Origin: Ruditapes philippinarum
Lineage: Eukaryota
Assembly (NCBI RefSeq): GCF_026571515.1
Contig: NW_026864529.1
Location: 1-64,000 of the forward strand
Direction: 5' to 3'
Length of the DNA: 64,000 nucleotides
Every line of letters begins with the position of its first letter. Positions within the stretch are counted from its first letter, which is position 1. This document shows, one piece after another, positions 50,339-64,000 of the stretch. The notes beneath the pieces were generated by a model, which was not told the origin of the DNA, did no database searches, and saw nothing but the letters and a program-made list of their open reading frames with translations. The position numbers and the translations under genes were made by a program.

Positions 50339-53300
50339 CTTCTTCTTCCTTAACCGAGTAAGTTTATCTCATGCGTAGTCTTGATTGAATTTATGGCTTC
50401 AAATGTGATGCATTCTGAAATCAGGTGATTAGTTTATGGCTTTAAGGAATGTAATAGCCGTCTGGGTCAATAAATGAAGCCATATAGCTAAACTGTGTTT
50501 GGCAGAGTGAACACATTTCCATTTACCAAATAAGTTCATATTTCCTTTAAAATAAAATACATTTAGATAACGTTAACTTATAATACTAAACCTTAAAACG
50601 GATTGGTGTACTATTAGTACAATTTCCCTTCAAATGTTGATAAAAAACAATAGAAATGTATTATTTATATATTTTTATGAACACTTTCTTGCAAAAATAT
50701 AGATATAATTCTAAGTTACTTAGCACGAACATTTGTAAGAAGAAGTTATTTCTGTTCCATAACAATTTATTGTCATTTTGGGTCACATATCTCATGCTTT
50801 CCAACAGCATAAACTTTTAATATATAATCATTTCGTGGATTATTATCGTGCATGACATCAAAACTATTTATATATTACAGCTCTTCAATTATGGTCCAAT
50901 AACTAAATTCTGCGATAAACGTAAACCATTCAACATATTTTAGCTTATTCGACATTTCTTTGGAAATTGATTAAAAATTATTACCCCGTATATAACTGTC
51001 ATATGACTTTATCCTGTGACACCAATGATTGCAATGATATAGCTACCTTCCTTAAAGCAGCATGCCTCCAGATGAGCGAAAATACTTCAATAAATCAAAC
51101 TTGTGAAAAATGTACTAAGATTTTAGGAAAAGTAGAAAGATTCAAGAATCAAGTAATAATTTACATGTTATGAACAATTAATTGTGAATTTTTTATTATG
51201 TGTATCTATATTTCTACTGCGTTAAAAGGGGCATTTTTTTCATGTTTTAACCTCTTTTTTTTAATCAACTTGAGTTTTAAATGTCATTGATAATGTAAAA
51301 ATTGCTTCCTTTTGGTCACTATACAATATTATATATTTAATTTCATTTTCAAAATTGTCATGAAATCTGGAGGTGTGCTGCTTTAATATTTCAATTATTG
51401 AACAGTTTATTGTTTGTTTGTAGTTAGCATAATACTTATTAAGCAAAATAAGAAATCAGCAAAACACTTAACTATAAAAGTTAATGTTTATGTTTCGCTT
51501 ACGTTTCAGTTTACTACATAGACTCATCCATGAAATATGATTTGATTTAATCATTTTATATTTTTTTTGCTATATACTGAATATAAAAGATCATTGGCAA
51601 TAAAATCGTTAAACCGTACCGTAAAGTGTATGAACTGGAGGGGGTTTAACCTGCCTTTTGGTTATTTATTTAATCATACAAACAGGGACGTCTTATGTCT
51701 AACATAGTTATCATAAAGTTAAGTCCCATTGTTTATATTTACACTGTTTCTTTGCTCAATAAGATAAAATATGTAAAGATAGCTAACTTACAGTTGATCG
51801 TGTACTTAACCCCTAAACCTTTGATTCTGCGTGTTGAACAAGATTTAATGCAATTCATCTGTAATAATTTACCACCGGTGTTTTTTAATTTAAATGACTT
51901 TGATTATATCAATTTTTATCATATATATTATATTGATCTATGCTGAATGTATTGTTATACTTAGATTTCTTTTTATATATTGTCAGCTACCTTTTCGATT
52001 AAATATAAATAAATGAAGGTCAAATATGTTTTGGAAAAAAGTGGAAAAATGCAAAATGAAAAAAGTACAAACCGGAACGCTTCACTTAAAAGAAAATAAG
52101 CATTGTCCAACAACCGAAAACCTGGAGCATTATAGAACATAATAATACGCATTAACAAAAATAATTGGTCGCCTGCCTGCTACAGGCTTGACCAATTATT
52201 TTTGTAAATACGTATTATTAAACATTAACCTATACATAAAATACATTACATACAAATAAAAGGGATCACATGTTGCATTCAATGATTGGACACAACACTG
52301 TTTTAACTAGAATCTAGATGTAATTATTCAGAAAAGAAGTTAATTAATGTCAAAAGCTATTGAGGATTTACATGTTTAATTTCAATTACCTGTTAGTCAT
52401 TACGAAGGCACCTGCTTCTTAAAACGTATTTCTTAAAAACTATAATACAAAGCATCGCCTCTTTTACAACATAGACAAAGCTCGTTGTCAAATGGCTAAC
52501 GAGTGTTCTTTTATGGAGAATAAGAGTATTGAAGATTTGCATTGAATTATAAAATAAGATAGGTTTTTGATGTAATCTTCGTTCCTTAATTTAGATCGTT
52601 ATTGCTATCATTTATAACGAAAGGCGTATGTATAGATGCACATATAGGTCATATGCTAATCAAATGAAAACAGTTTTCCCATAGGAATTAGCAAATATCT
52701 TCCCTTATTGTACTCACGATGTAATTGTCTGTCGTATTCTTTATAGCGTGGTCAAATTTTGCCTTTCTGTAGGATTTTTCCATGAAACGTTATTTAATTT
52801 TTATAAACGAGCATTGCAATATTCCAATACGTTACTATCAAGGGATTAAAGAAGTTACTTGTGATGAAACATATAAAGAGAGTAAGGTAATATAGATAAT
52901 TTGAAGATTACCACTCGCTTCGATGCATATGTGATCCATTTCTAGAAATTTCTATTGACAGAAAGTTGTAGTTTTAACTACTGTTATGAAAATATTGATC
53001 GGTATATGACTACGGACCTGTTACAAGACATGTAACCTACAGACACTTACTGAAATTGAAATGTTGAATAAATTGCTTTGTATTATCAACAATATGATCA
53101 GTGCTGCTCTATAATTTGAACAGCATGCAATTTCAAAACAGTGTTTTCATTTTAAGGGTCAGTGCAAATATTTATCTTTTTTTTACAATTTCTTTCCTTA
53201 AAAGACCTACTTCCATTCTTAAATACTATTTCTGCAAGGCAGTCGTTTGCAATGCGATGTCATACTCAAACTGGAAATAAAAAGTAAATTTCTATTGTTT

Positions 53301-54024
53301 TCTTATTTATTCATATCTTACTTTAATTCATGCGATGCGGACAGTATTGAAATAAAAGGTGTAATATTCTATTAGAACAAATGAAAATTGGCAAAGCAAT
53401 AAGACGAACTATAGTCGAACCTTGTGCGTGTTATGCGTGTATCTGAGGAGTGAACATAGACAGTGGCGAGTTTCGAGATCTATTTCGATCTGCGATATAT
53501 GTAAATAATCTGAATTGCACCTGCACTTTACAAACTTACAGCTTATCACAACGTGGGCAGTATACGTAAACTGCTTGTTTTAATTTCCGTGTTATATGAA
53601 AGATTTTAACCAATTACACGAAGCTTAAAAAGTGTTGTAAGTAATCTTTTATTATTTATACTGAAATCATCACTTTTTATCTTCCTTTCTATGATTGGTA
53701 TTCAGCATTCCTTAGTACCTCTAGTACATACATTTTAAGATGCAGAAGTACCACAAGTGGGCTTTCATAGGTCGTGTAAATTTTTAAAAAATACACAAAC
53801 TATGTGACATCCATTGAATATTTACCAAACTGATTGGATATGAACAAAGCATTGGCATTATTCACTATCAAAAGGATCGTAGCATGTTGAGATTTTGTTT
53901 TTCAAACATTGATAAAATGTGATGAAACTAGGTCAAATATGTTCAGTACATAAATACTGGAATGCACAAAACTTATCAGAAAAGACGCTTAAGTCCGTAT
54001 AATTATACGAGAGACTATATACAC

Positions 54025-57000
54025 TAGTGGTATTAATGGAGAGAGAATATCAATCTCATTTTAAATGTAACGTAATACATTTCATTACAGGATTGTCTTC
54101 TTAGAAGATTCTGTAATTTCTTTTACAGTGTCGTCATTACGAGTACTGTCCCCATGACGTTATTTATTTAATGAAATACTTAAACTCTGGACAGTTTGTC
54201 CCTTGTTAGCTTGTTTGCTAGTATTTACTTAAAATAAAAATTGAGATGATAGATAAAATGATTGTTATGCAGTTACACTGTTGCAAAATTTCTTTACCAT
54301 ATGTTGTTTTTCTTGTATGTGGGTCGTTTAGTCTAGAATGCATATCTATTTTTAGAGTAGAGTTTGTTGTTTATTCATTTCGAAATTTAATAAAAAGAAC
54401 AACATAAAAATCTGGAAATAAAGTGATCCCTCGGAAGCATTAATCACAACAAAATTACAAGAGATTTGCATAAGACTTACATGTTTTATTAAGCATATAG
54501 AGTGCAGTGGTGCATATATAAATGTTTTTAAGAAACAGTTTTGCCGAGTTTTGTATTCAACAATTATACAACGATTTTACATATGCGTGAACAAACATTA
54601 ACGCGCATAAGACAATTCGTTTATTGCAATTGACTGTTGTGGCAAACTCACGAATAATGTCAAACAACACATAGTTCTATTGGTCATCTGATTAACCAGT
54701 GTCTCAGTGTAAATACACTTACCATTAAAAGTTCTAACTAATTGTAAAGAACAGAATGAAACAGCCATGACATTTGCCATTTCGTTAATGTTAATCCATT
54801 AATGCTCTTTTAGTTCTATTTTGTTCATTTACTGACACCTTGTTTACATTTTATTTCGCTATGTAAAAGGTTTATCCAGTAAAAGTTATTTTGTCTAAAT
54901 ATTCCCCAATTTTTATCCTTTGTTAGAGTATCAACTTAATATATTAGGGCCTTACCAATACTTTTTATACATAAGATCTGAAAATTACATAGGCCTATAG
55001 TTAAATGATAAAATGGTAGCATGTAGGCGACCAACTTATCACAATTATACTCAAACTAGTCATTTGGTGTGATGGCAAAGTATGTTGTTATGATCTAGAT
55101 CACCTTGGCATTGTGTGAATTTCAAAACCGGTAAGATATCTAATAACATTAAGATTATTTATAATATATGTAAGCAATAAGGTATCTAATTCTTCCCGAT
55201 ATTTGTTTTCTTAGAATAGTCTACTATCTACTTCAGAGTGTCTTTAACAGCATTAACAAAAATCTAGCTACTGTATAAGAAATCAAATAGATAACAAATG
55301 TTCCTTTTCTGAAGAAAAGAGATATAGAAATTTTGCATTCAGATATAAAATAAAATATCATCATTAAGGTACAATCGTCTTTTCTAAATTCAGATCATTA
55401 CGGCCACTAGTTATAAAAGAAGACTGACAAATAGTTCATATGCTAGGTAAAAAAAATGTTTTCCCTTAAACAATATAACAAATTATTTCCTTTATACTGT
55501 ACTTAAAATTAAATTATAATTATGTATATATTGTGGCGGTACTTTATTACATCACTCAATTAGTTCTTTCAGTAGGATAGTATTTGTGTTTTTAAGTAAG
55601 ACGTTATACATATATAATATACTAGGACGGTTTTTGATGACGGTTTTGTTGATTTAATGGTACTTTTGAAATTCAATAAACGATTGTAACAAAAAATCAG
55701 AACAATATCTTCGCTGTAATATGTCTTTCTCCTTCCTCGTGTTAGCGATGTTACATATTAAATTAACCAATCAAGTTGTTAAGTTCATGACATAGATTTT
55801 AAGTAAATGATACTTGCAGGAGATCATAAAGTTTTGTGGGAGGAAGTATGATTAAACAGAACTGAATGGCAAGAACTATGCTTAACAATTTATTTTAGAA
55901 TGGTCAATGAGATATCCAGATTTCAGTTTGTAATTTTTAAAATGCAAAATGAAAATTATTCTTACATAAAAATCTGTAAATTTTACAGGAATTCAAACTG
56001 ATTTTGGACGACCTTGGGCCGACAAAATACTATAAGTTTGCAAGTTTCCACCCAGCAAAATTATAAAATTGTCTAGAATAGGTCAAATACGCACAGTGCT
56101 TTTAGACTGGTAGAAATTAGTCATCATGACTTGAATCTACAGAGCAGATCAGAGAGGACGCTGAGGTCTGATTTATTCTCCCTATAATTATCCGAAAGAC
56201 CAAATATACTGTTGGGATTAACGGAGACAGAATTACAATCTCGTTTTAGATATGACGTAGGACAATGACAGGATTGTTTTCTGAGAAAGACTATAAATTC
56301 TTTAACATTGCCGATGTCACAATAAATGTTACATTTTTGAAATTACCACTATCTCGTGCAATAATCTCATTGGTAAAGTTATCGTTTCTTACAATTGTCT
56401 GTAGTGTCTGCTTATTTTATATAGAATATTGTTAGAAACGTCAGTATTCTTTGAGGTGATGGTTATTGCTATAAAGATTAAGTTTCACTGTTACAACTAT
56501 TTTTTAATGTGGTTCGTTAAGTCAATAGGGCATATCTATTATTGGGGGGGGGAGTTGGCTATAAGTTCATTGCAAAACAAGTATAAAAATAACATAAACT
56601 ATTCTAAATTTCTAAGTAAGTACATAAGTACATATACTGCCTTGCATAATGCATGAAAATAGTTAAATACGTTAACTTCAGAATGAATCTGTGCTTCTTA
56701 GAAAGATAATGTAAAGAAAGGAGTTGTTCTTATACATGGGAATAAACCAAAAATTTTGAAATATGAAAAAGACCAAGCAACGTATTTTTGCGACAAGCCG
56801 CTTACTTAACTTGAACGAAATTACCAACTCTCTCTAATCAAATTGATTGTTGCGCAGTACAATTAAAGAAAAGTACATTACCTATAAACGTCGTTCTCTT
56901 CATATAGAGACATTTTCAATTCTTGAATTATAATGACGCTTTACCCATCGGTCGTTATACTTGCCAACAAGTATTTTAAGTTTCTAAGTTCAAAATCTTT

Positions 57001-57375
57001 AAAAGTTTTTAGAAACAGTTTCCATACGTAAAAGCTGAGCTAAGGAAGAATTTTTCCATTATAAGTCGGCCATTAAAAGTGCATACAATTTACAAAGTAC
57101 TAATTGAGTTGCCATTTCAGTCAGGCGTTTCTTTTAGTTCTATTTTTGTTCATTTACTGACACTATGTATTAAATTTAATTACGCTATGTTAAAAGGTTT
57201 CTCTAGAAAAGATCTATTGGCTAACTCTTCTCTCTATTGTCTTCCTTGTTCGGTGATTTAACTTAATATATAATGACTATCAAATATTCCTGACATTTTA
57301 CAGATATCATATAGGCTTTTAATTAAATGAGGACGATATAACATGTAGACAAACAACTTATCTCTATAAAATTCA
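54025..57375 (+). repeat. Old diverged local duplication (about 2.2-2.3 kb offset), with further partial copies near 58050 and 63160-63345
   Basis: Anchors: attaatggagagagaat / attaacggagacagaat (54032/56217), and tagttctattttgttcatttactgacac-like sequence at 54811, 57135 and 63241. Confidence 0.65.
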
Positions 57376-58259
57376 AACAATTGATTTGATTCTTTACTAG
57401 CTATTCTACTAGTGATTTAGCTCACTCTTACGCTGCAATAGGCTATATGGGAATATATGTTTAAGTTTGACTTGTGGTTCAGGTATACCATCCTGTATAC
57501 ATTGTAATTACATACAAAATCAGACACAGGGTAGAAGCCACCAACTTAAGGTAAGTAAGATAGATATTAAATTGAAATCTAAAATCGTTGGCGAGATTTG
57601 AACCCAAAGTGGTAATGGACAAGTGATTTGAATGTTGAGACTCGAACAACTCTGCCACGAAGGCCATGTTATGACGCCCAAAAATACGTTATAATATTGA
57701 TATCAAGTTAAGGTTATAATGTCTTAGAGGAAAACAAAAATGTTCAGTTAAGTAAATAAACAGGTAAATAAAATAGATATGTCATTTATTTTACTGCACT
57801 TTTATATTAAAAATATATATTGCATGTCTAAATTCCTAAAATTGTGTGGTATTTCTTCGATTTACAACATATTAAATCAAACTGCGTTATGTAAGATGAT
57901 TAAAATTTTTGCAAAACCATATCCATTTAGAAGTTTAAAAGTACATTTATTTAAAATTTAAAAAAGCTTTATCTGTGGTTGACATATTATTACAATGGTA
58001 TTTACGTACATAATACAAATCACGAGTGTTTACCTGAAATTCTTTAGACTAAGTGCTATTTTTGTTCATGTGTTCATTTACTGACGCACAATGTTCAAAA
58101 GTAGCATTACTTTACGTAAAAATCTTGTGTCAGTTTTAAAGAACGCTTTAAATAGCAAGTATATATTTTTCCGACCTATTTACTGTCAGAGTGATTAAAT
58201 TGAAATGGACTCTCCGGCTTGTTTTGATGTTTTTTTTTATAGAAAATAAGAGTACTTGT

Positions 58260-58686
58260 TATGGTGGTTGATTTGTGCCATTCGTGTTTTCGCCCCGCGA
58301 CCCCGCCAGGCGAAAAGTCGAGTTTTAACAAGTTAAAACGGCGGGGTCGCCGGACAAAACACGCTTATTAGCGAGGGCGCGGGGAGAAGATAAATAAATA
58401 AAACTTCGCCCCGCGTCGGCGCGGGACGAGATTAAAGAAATAAAACGGCGGGGGAGCGGCCCCCTTCATTTAAACTTGTTCATTATCGACCTTTCGCTTG
58501 GCGGGGTAGCGGGACGAAAACACGCTAATTAGCGGGGGCGCTCGGCGAAGTTTAATCATTAAACTTCGGCCCGCGCCCTCATTAATAAGCGTGTTTTCGC
58601 TCCGCGCCCCCGCCATTTTAACTTCTTAATTTTCGATTGTTCGCTTGGCGGGGTTGCGGGGCGAATGGCATAAATCAGCCACCATA
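58260..58686. mobile_element. GC-rich MITE with TATGG...CCATA termini and 6-bp TSD ACTTGT (IS3EU-like)
   Basis: ACTTGT|tatggtggttgatttgtgccattcg ... cgaatggcataaatcagccaccata|ACTTGT, with reiterated internal cgccccgcg / cgcggggcg motifs. Confidence 0.85.
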
Positions 58687-61033
58687 ACTTGTTGCTAGAG
58701 TTGCCAACATGCATTTACTTTGTTCACATAATGGTTTTGAAAATAAGTGTAATTCCAAAAAAAGCGACGTATATTGCAACAGTAAAATATTCTTCAGAAA
58801 GAAATTCAGTTGCGTTGAAAATTAAAAAAAACAACATAAGGTACAATTCTATAACAAAATACCTTTCTGGTGAATAACTAGAGTTAAGAGTGAGAAACTT
58901 GGTGTCTTGCAAGCTTATTTGAAGACTTCGCTTTTGATTGCTTTTGAGCCCAAAGCATTAAGTCAAGGTCACTGTTACCGAAACAGAAAATTTGTATCCG
59001 CTTGATAAGAAAAGTTATATGTGAGATAGTTTAAAAAAACAACTACTTTATATTTTATATTGCACAAAGTTACATTGTACAATTTTGTTATTGTTGTTGT
59101 TTTTTGTATTTTTTGTTGTTTTTATGTGGTTGTTGATTTTTGTCTCACTCATTTATTTATTCTTATCAAAAAACTAATTTATTACTCGACAAAAATTGAA
59201 GATCAAAGTCTTTATATAACAGTCCGTTAATGATTTCAAAAGTTTTAGTTTAAAAACTAAAAGTTTATTAGTACCCATTTGTGTTCATAGGTATCTGCTT
59301 TCGTTGAAATCTAAATGTATTTGTAGCATACGTTTATTTTATGATTTGCAATCTATCTGTCATTACATACCCATAGCTTAAAGAAAAATGAATTAATCAT
59401 GATCTTTTTTAAGAGAGAGGGGGACAGATGTATAAAAGGGAATGGCAATAGCTATTACATTGATCACATTTCCTCCATTTAATAATCATGTCGAATGTTA
59501 AAATTGTGAATGCAAAAAACAAGATTGATTTTTTAACGAATCATAAGAATATTAGTCATTGGTGTAGCTTTAAGAAGACGCTACATCCATGGAATGAAAC
59601 AATCAAACCGAGCTTGCAACGATTTTAATTCTACCATTTTGGACGTTATTTAAGGATTTTGTTTTCCTATTTCTCTATTTCATATCAGTGCTGTAATATT
59701 TGGCTTGTCCTTTGGGTTTATAATTTCAGTGTTTTGAATACCATTCATGTCGGCGCTAGGTTTGCATCTTTCACGAACAAATCTGACCATGTTTGCAATG
59801 TTCACCTTTTAACTGTTGCAACTGCTCTGGATGTATCTCACTTTACTGACAATTTAATGTATGGAACATATATTATTGAATAAAAATTAAATGTGGAAAT
59901 AAAGAAAGCAATAACAACACAATTGTAACCGTTGTTTCTGCAAATGAAATTTCAAACTGGATATTTTATTAAAAAATTAGTAGTGAAATACGTTGATTTC
60001 CTATCACCGATCTTCGCCCAGTAACAAGTGTATTAATTATCCGAGAGATGTATATTCAAACTAGAAATCTAATTTAAGAATGTCAGTCTGTGTCAATTAG
60101 ATGTCTTACTTTATAGTTAGCCTAAGAAATAAAAGCAAAATGAAAATGTTTTTATATCACAACTCATCTGGTCCTAATACTTTGTAAGATATCTGAAATG
60201 ACCCCTTAATGGCTCCTAAGGCTTAATGTGATAGAAACGAGACGGAATGGCTTAGTTTGTGGATAAAAAAAAATGGAAAACATAGGATGTCACGTTTAAT
60301 GAAAGAGGTCACGTATACATCGTAACTATATTTTCGGAGATGTTGACTTATCACTTCTGCATTATTCCGATATACTAATTTATCTACATGAATTTTATCA
60401 CAATCTTTTTATTTGTCTTTAAGTCGTATGATGTAGTGTTAAAGTATAATCTGAAAGAACTATTTTAAATGACGTTCAATTCTTTTTGGAGTGGACTCTG
60501 ATCTTATGTGAAAAAGTAATTGTCTACATACTGTTGTTATTTTACATTATATATATGTAGTTCGTTAAAGTTTTCATTCAATCCTTACACATTTGTTGAC
60601 TTTGTTTAAACATGCAAACGATCGCAGCGGCAAATTATTTCAATTAAACAAGTCCGGAATTAATAGATTACTTTGACGTTTTGTACATTAGGAAAAAAGA
60701 ATATCATCAACGGACAAGCAAATCATTTCCCAGTTTCTTTGTGTATAGACAGACCATAAACTTCCTAACATTACGAGAATGGATCAAAATGTTCTTGGCC
60801 CGATGCAAATCCGGTAGTCAGAGAACCCAACTAATAGTCTTACTTTTTAATATTATCGCCCTCTCCGTCAATGACACGCCCGTCTACTTATCAAAGTGTG
60901 ATTTATGTTACTTAATCTGTGTAAAACCGAGTGTAACTCGGTCAGTAGTCTTCAATAAGATAACGGTATCGACGTATTGTGTGTTAACGTCAGTGTAGTG
61001 GCTAGAAGTATATCGTGCCCAGAACTTTTTGAT

Positions 61034-63073
61034 CATACCTCGTATTTTTCAAGACAGAGAGAAAATTCAGGTGATTATGAAATACGCTTTTATTAATCAA
61101 TATCAAAGGACCAGAGGACCAACACTAGATCTATGTTTAATCAGCATATTTTTCAACACCTAGAGCAATAATTTTTATTTCATTCATTTCCAATGTCAAC
61201 ATTACCATTTTCTATTTTATATCTCTATATTCTTGAACAAAAATACATTTTTATCGGATTGTTAAATAACAAAGAAGAGTATATGCATGTAGTTTACAAA
61301 TGAACATCAGCTGGTAAGTTCTTTTGAAGTGTTAAAACTATTTTTTTAAATTAACTTTGTCGCATATTTACTTGAAAAACCATTTTTTTTAATCATTTTT
61401 GACTTCTATACCTTTTAAGTACATTGTATATTTCAAGTAATTTTAAAAAGTAATAAATTACAAATAGCATTTTTATTTGTCAAACAACAACGAAATTTCA
61501 CTCACTTAATTTATACTTAATAATGAAACACCCACCCCCCACCCCCCACCCCCCCCAATTACCAATAGTCACGTGACATTTGCGACAGATACCAATCACG
61601 TTAAGATTTGAAGAAATTTATGCTATAAACTGATATTTATCCGCAGCTTTTTTAATTGGTCAGATGTCATCGGGTCATAAAATGTTGTTAGAGTATGTTA
61701 CCGCAACTTGTAACCCCCTTTGGTGCGATATTTGTGCGTTATGCAATTATTTAGCGTAAAACGTAGGGGTCCGAGAGAGAACAGCCGATTTAAGACACTT
61801 CGTTTGATGCGTGTCTGAATAACTTTGAATCGGCATAACTTTTTTAATAAACAAGCAATTAACATGCAGTTTAAAGCACGCGATAGGGAATTAATTTACG
61901 GAGGGAACCGTGTCAGGGATTTTTGTTTGCTCCATCAGCGACTTAATTATCTTTCATTACGTAATATGCATGGTTAAAAAAGTCGCATAAAATGTTTGAC
62001 GTTATGTTAATTTAAAATTATCTATTTCATCAAATAATTATTCTCACAAGTGCATGAACATACCTCATTTTCAAGACAGAGAGAAAATTCAGGTGATTAT
62101 GAAATACGCTTTTATTAATCATATAGAAAAGGACCAGAGGACCAACACTTCTGTAATCTATGTTTAATCAGCATATTTTTCAACACCTAGAACAATAATT
62201 TTTATTTCATTCATTTCCAATGTCAACATTACCATTTTCTATTTAATATCTCTATATTCTTGAACAAAAATACATTTTTATCGGATTGTTAAATAACAAA
62301 GAAGAGTATATGCATGTAGTTTACAAATGAACATCAGCTGGTAAGTTCTTTTGAAGTGTTAAAACTATTTTTTAAATTAACTTTGTCGCATATTTACTTG
62401 AAAACCCTTTTTTTTATCATTTTTGACTTCTATACCTTTTAAGTACATTGTATATTTCAAGTAATTTTAAAAAGAAATAAATTACAAAAAGCATTTTTAT
62501 TTGTCAAACAACAACGAAATGTCACTCACTTAATTTATACTTAATAATGATCCCCCACCCCCCAATTACCAATAGTCACGTGACATTTGCGACAGATACC
62601 AATCACGTTAAGATTTGAAGAAATTTATGCTATAAACTGATATTTATCCGCAGCTTTTTAATTGGTCAGATGTCATCGGGTCATAAAATGTTGTTAGAGT
62701 ATGTTACCGCAACTTGTAACCCCCTTTGGTGCGATATTTGTGCGTTATGCAATTATTTAGCGTAAAACGTAGGGGTCCGAGGGAGAACAGCCGATTTAAG
62801 ACACTTCGTTTGATGCGTGTCTGAATAACTTTGAATCGGCATAACTTTTTTAATAAACAAGCAATTAACATGCAGTTTAAAGCACGCGATAGGGAATTAA
62901 TTTACGGAGGGAACCGTGTCAGGGATTTTTGTTTGCTCAATCAGCGACTTAATTATCTTTCATTACGTAATATGCATGGTGAAAAAAGTCGCATTAAATG
63001 TTTGACGTTACGTTAATTTAAAATTATCTATTTCATCAAACAATTATCCTCAAAAGTGCATGAACATACCTCA
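61034..63073. repeat. Recent direct tandem duplication of about 1.02 kb (2 copies)
   Basis: The units start at catacctc (about 61034 and 62060), with a third catacctc at about 63066. The copies are nearly identical apart from a poly-C tract and small indels. Confidence 0.95.
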
Positions 63074-63344
63074 TGTAAATGACCAGGTTCAAAATCACAA
63101 ACAGTTTTATAACAACATATAAGAAAAGTTGTCTTCTGGCTTCAACAGCTTCTGTAATTTTTTACCATTAAAAAGTGCATACAAGTTACAAAGTACTTAT
63201 TGAGCTTTCATTCGTTAAGCGATAATCCAGCAAATGTTTTTTAGTTCTATTTTTGTTCGTTTACTGACACTATGTATTAAATTCCATTGCGCTGTGTTAA
63301 AAGGTTCCCCTAGAAAAGATCTTTTGGCTTACATTTTCCTCTAA

Positions 63345-64000
63345 TGACTCTTATTTTGTTGTATGGTTCGGAGTAATGGGCTTTTGAAAATATTAATATA
63401 GTTCAGTCCTTTCAGCTTAAATTTTATAAGTTTGTATTGAAATTCAAACCATTTACACCTAATTGTATGTTTTTGGCTAACTTGGTGGGAAACCAACCCT
63501 TGTACATGCTACAGCTATATTGTAACAGTTATGATATTGGAATAAGTTGATAAACTCTAAAGATAACAAGATATGTTCTATTCTTTACAATACTGCTTAA
63601 AAATTACATATTAATGATATAATTTATTCTCCTTGGATGGATTTTTTTTTTAAAATGTTTAGATGAACAAGGTATGTCTGAATACTTTATTACCCAAAAA
63701 GTAGACAATCTTAACCATTTCAAATTGTTAGTTAAGATATCAGTTGTATAGAATTGGATTAGTACAGTGTTTATGTATATATGTATAGAACTTATAAGAC
63801 TGAACATAGTTTTGAGGAATATCTTGAAGTATTGCCTATAAATCTTGATATTTCTACGTGAAAGTTTAGAACTATGAATCATAATCTTCCTAAAGGGAAA
63901 GGTAGATATTTTAACATTGAACGTGCTGATAGAATATGTAACTTATGAACAAAAATGTCTTGGAGACGAATTTCATTATCTTTTTCAATGTACACATTTT
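63345..64000 (+). mobile_element. CR1/L2-group LINE ORF2 C-terminal fragment, degenerate, running off the window end
   Basis: Reads ILLYGSE*WAFEN...QLKFYKFVLKFKPFTPNCM, then YRTYK...FEEYL, KFRTMNHNLP...GRYFNIERADRIC and LGDEFHYLFQC. Confidence 0.85.

Larger units (their letters stand above)
34240..50875 (+). repeat. Tandem segmental duplication with three units: A about 34240-42350, B about 42450-45735 (truncated), C about 45740-50875
   Basis: Colinear anchors include aaatacaggatttattttcatc (34240/42452), tctttcagc (34972/43183/46122), tcccttgagct (38838/45060/47373), ttcacatgactgacagagc (39661/48155) and ttattatcgtgcat (42309/50840). Confidence 0.93.

Overview
This is AT-rich, repeat-dense eukaryotic DNA with spliceosomal introns; the repeat families suggest a bivalve mollusc, which is an inference. 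It is not prokaryotic, and most entries in the ORF track are spurious. There is one intact gene, a regucalcin/SMP-30 gluconolactonase on the + strand (5 coding exons, 25154-27843, 303 aa). The first 10 kb is a nest of rolling-circle transposon debris: a decayed Helentron-type Rep ORF interrupted by V-SINE-like copies, abutted by a non-autonomous Helentron-associated element (HINE) that contains a second HINE and a 27-bp minisatellite. From about 34.2 to 50.9 kb is a three-unit tandem duplication. Read across frameshifts, each unit preserves the order LRR-NT / LRRs / LRR-CT / TM helix / TIR box 1, so it is probably a dead Toll-like receptor array that the ORF track misses; copy A has a LINE inserted. 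Several MITEs have readable TIRs and TSDs (mariner-, Sola-, IS3EU- and Kolobok-like). There is also an unclassified repeat family with a twin hairpin and circularly permuted copies, several local tandem duplications, and a second LINE fragment at the window end. I find no convincing evidence of a wholly new system; the best leads are the TLR-like relic array, the twin-hairpin family and an orphan exon next to the Helentron. All coordinates were read by eye.
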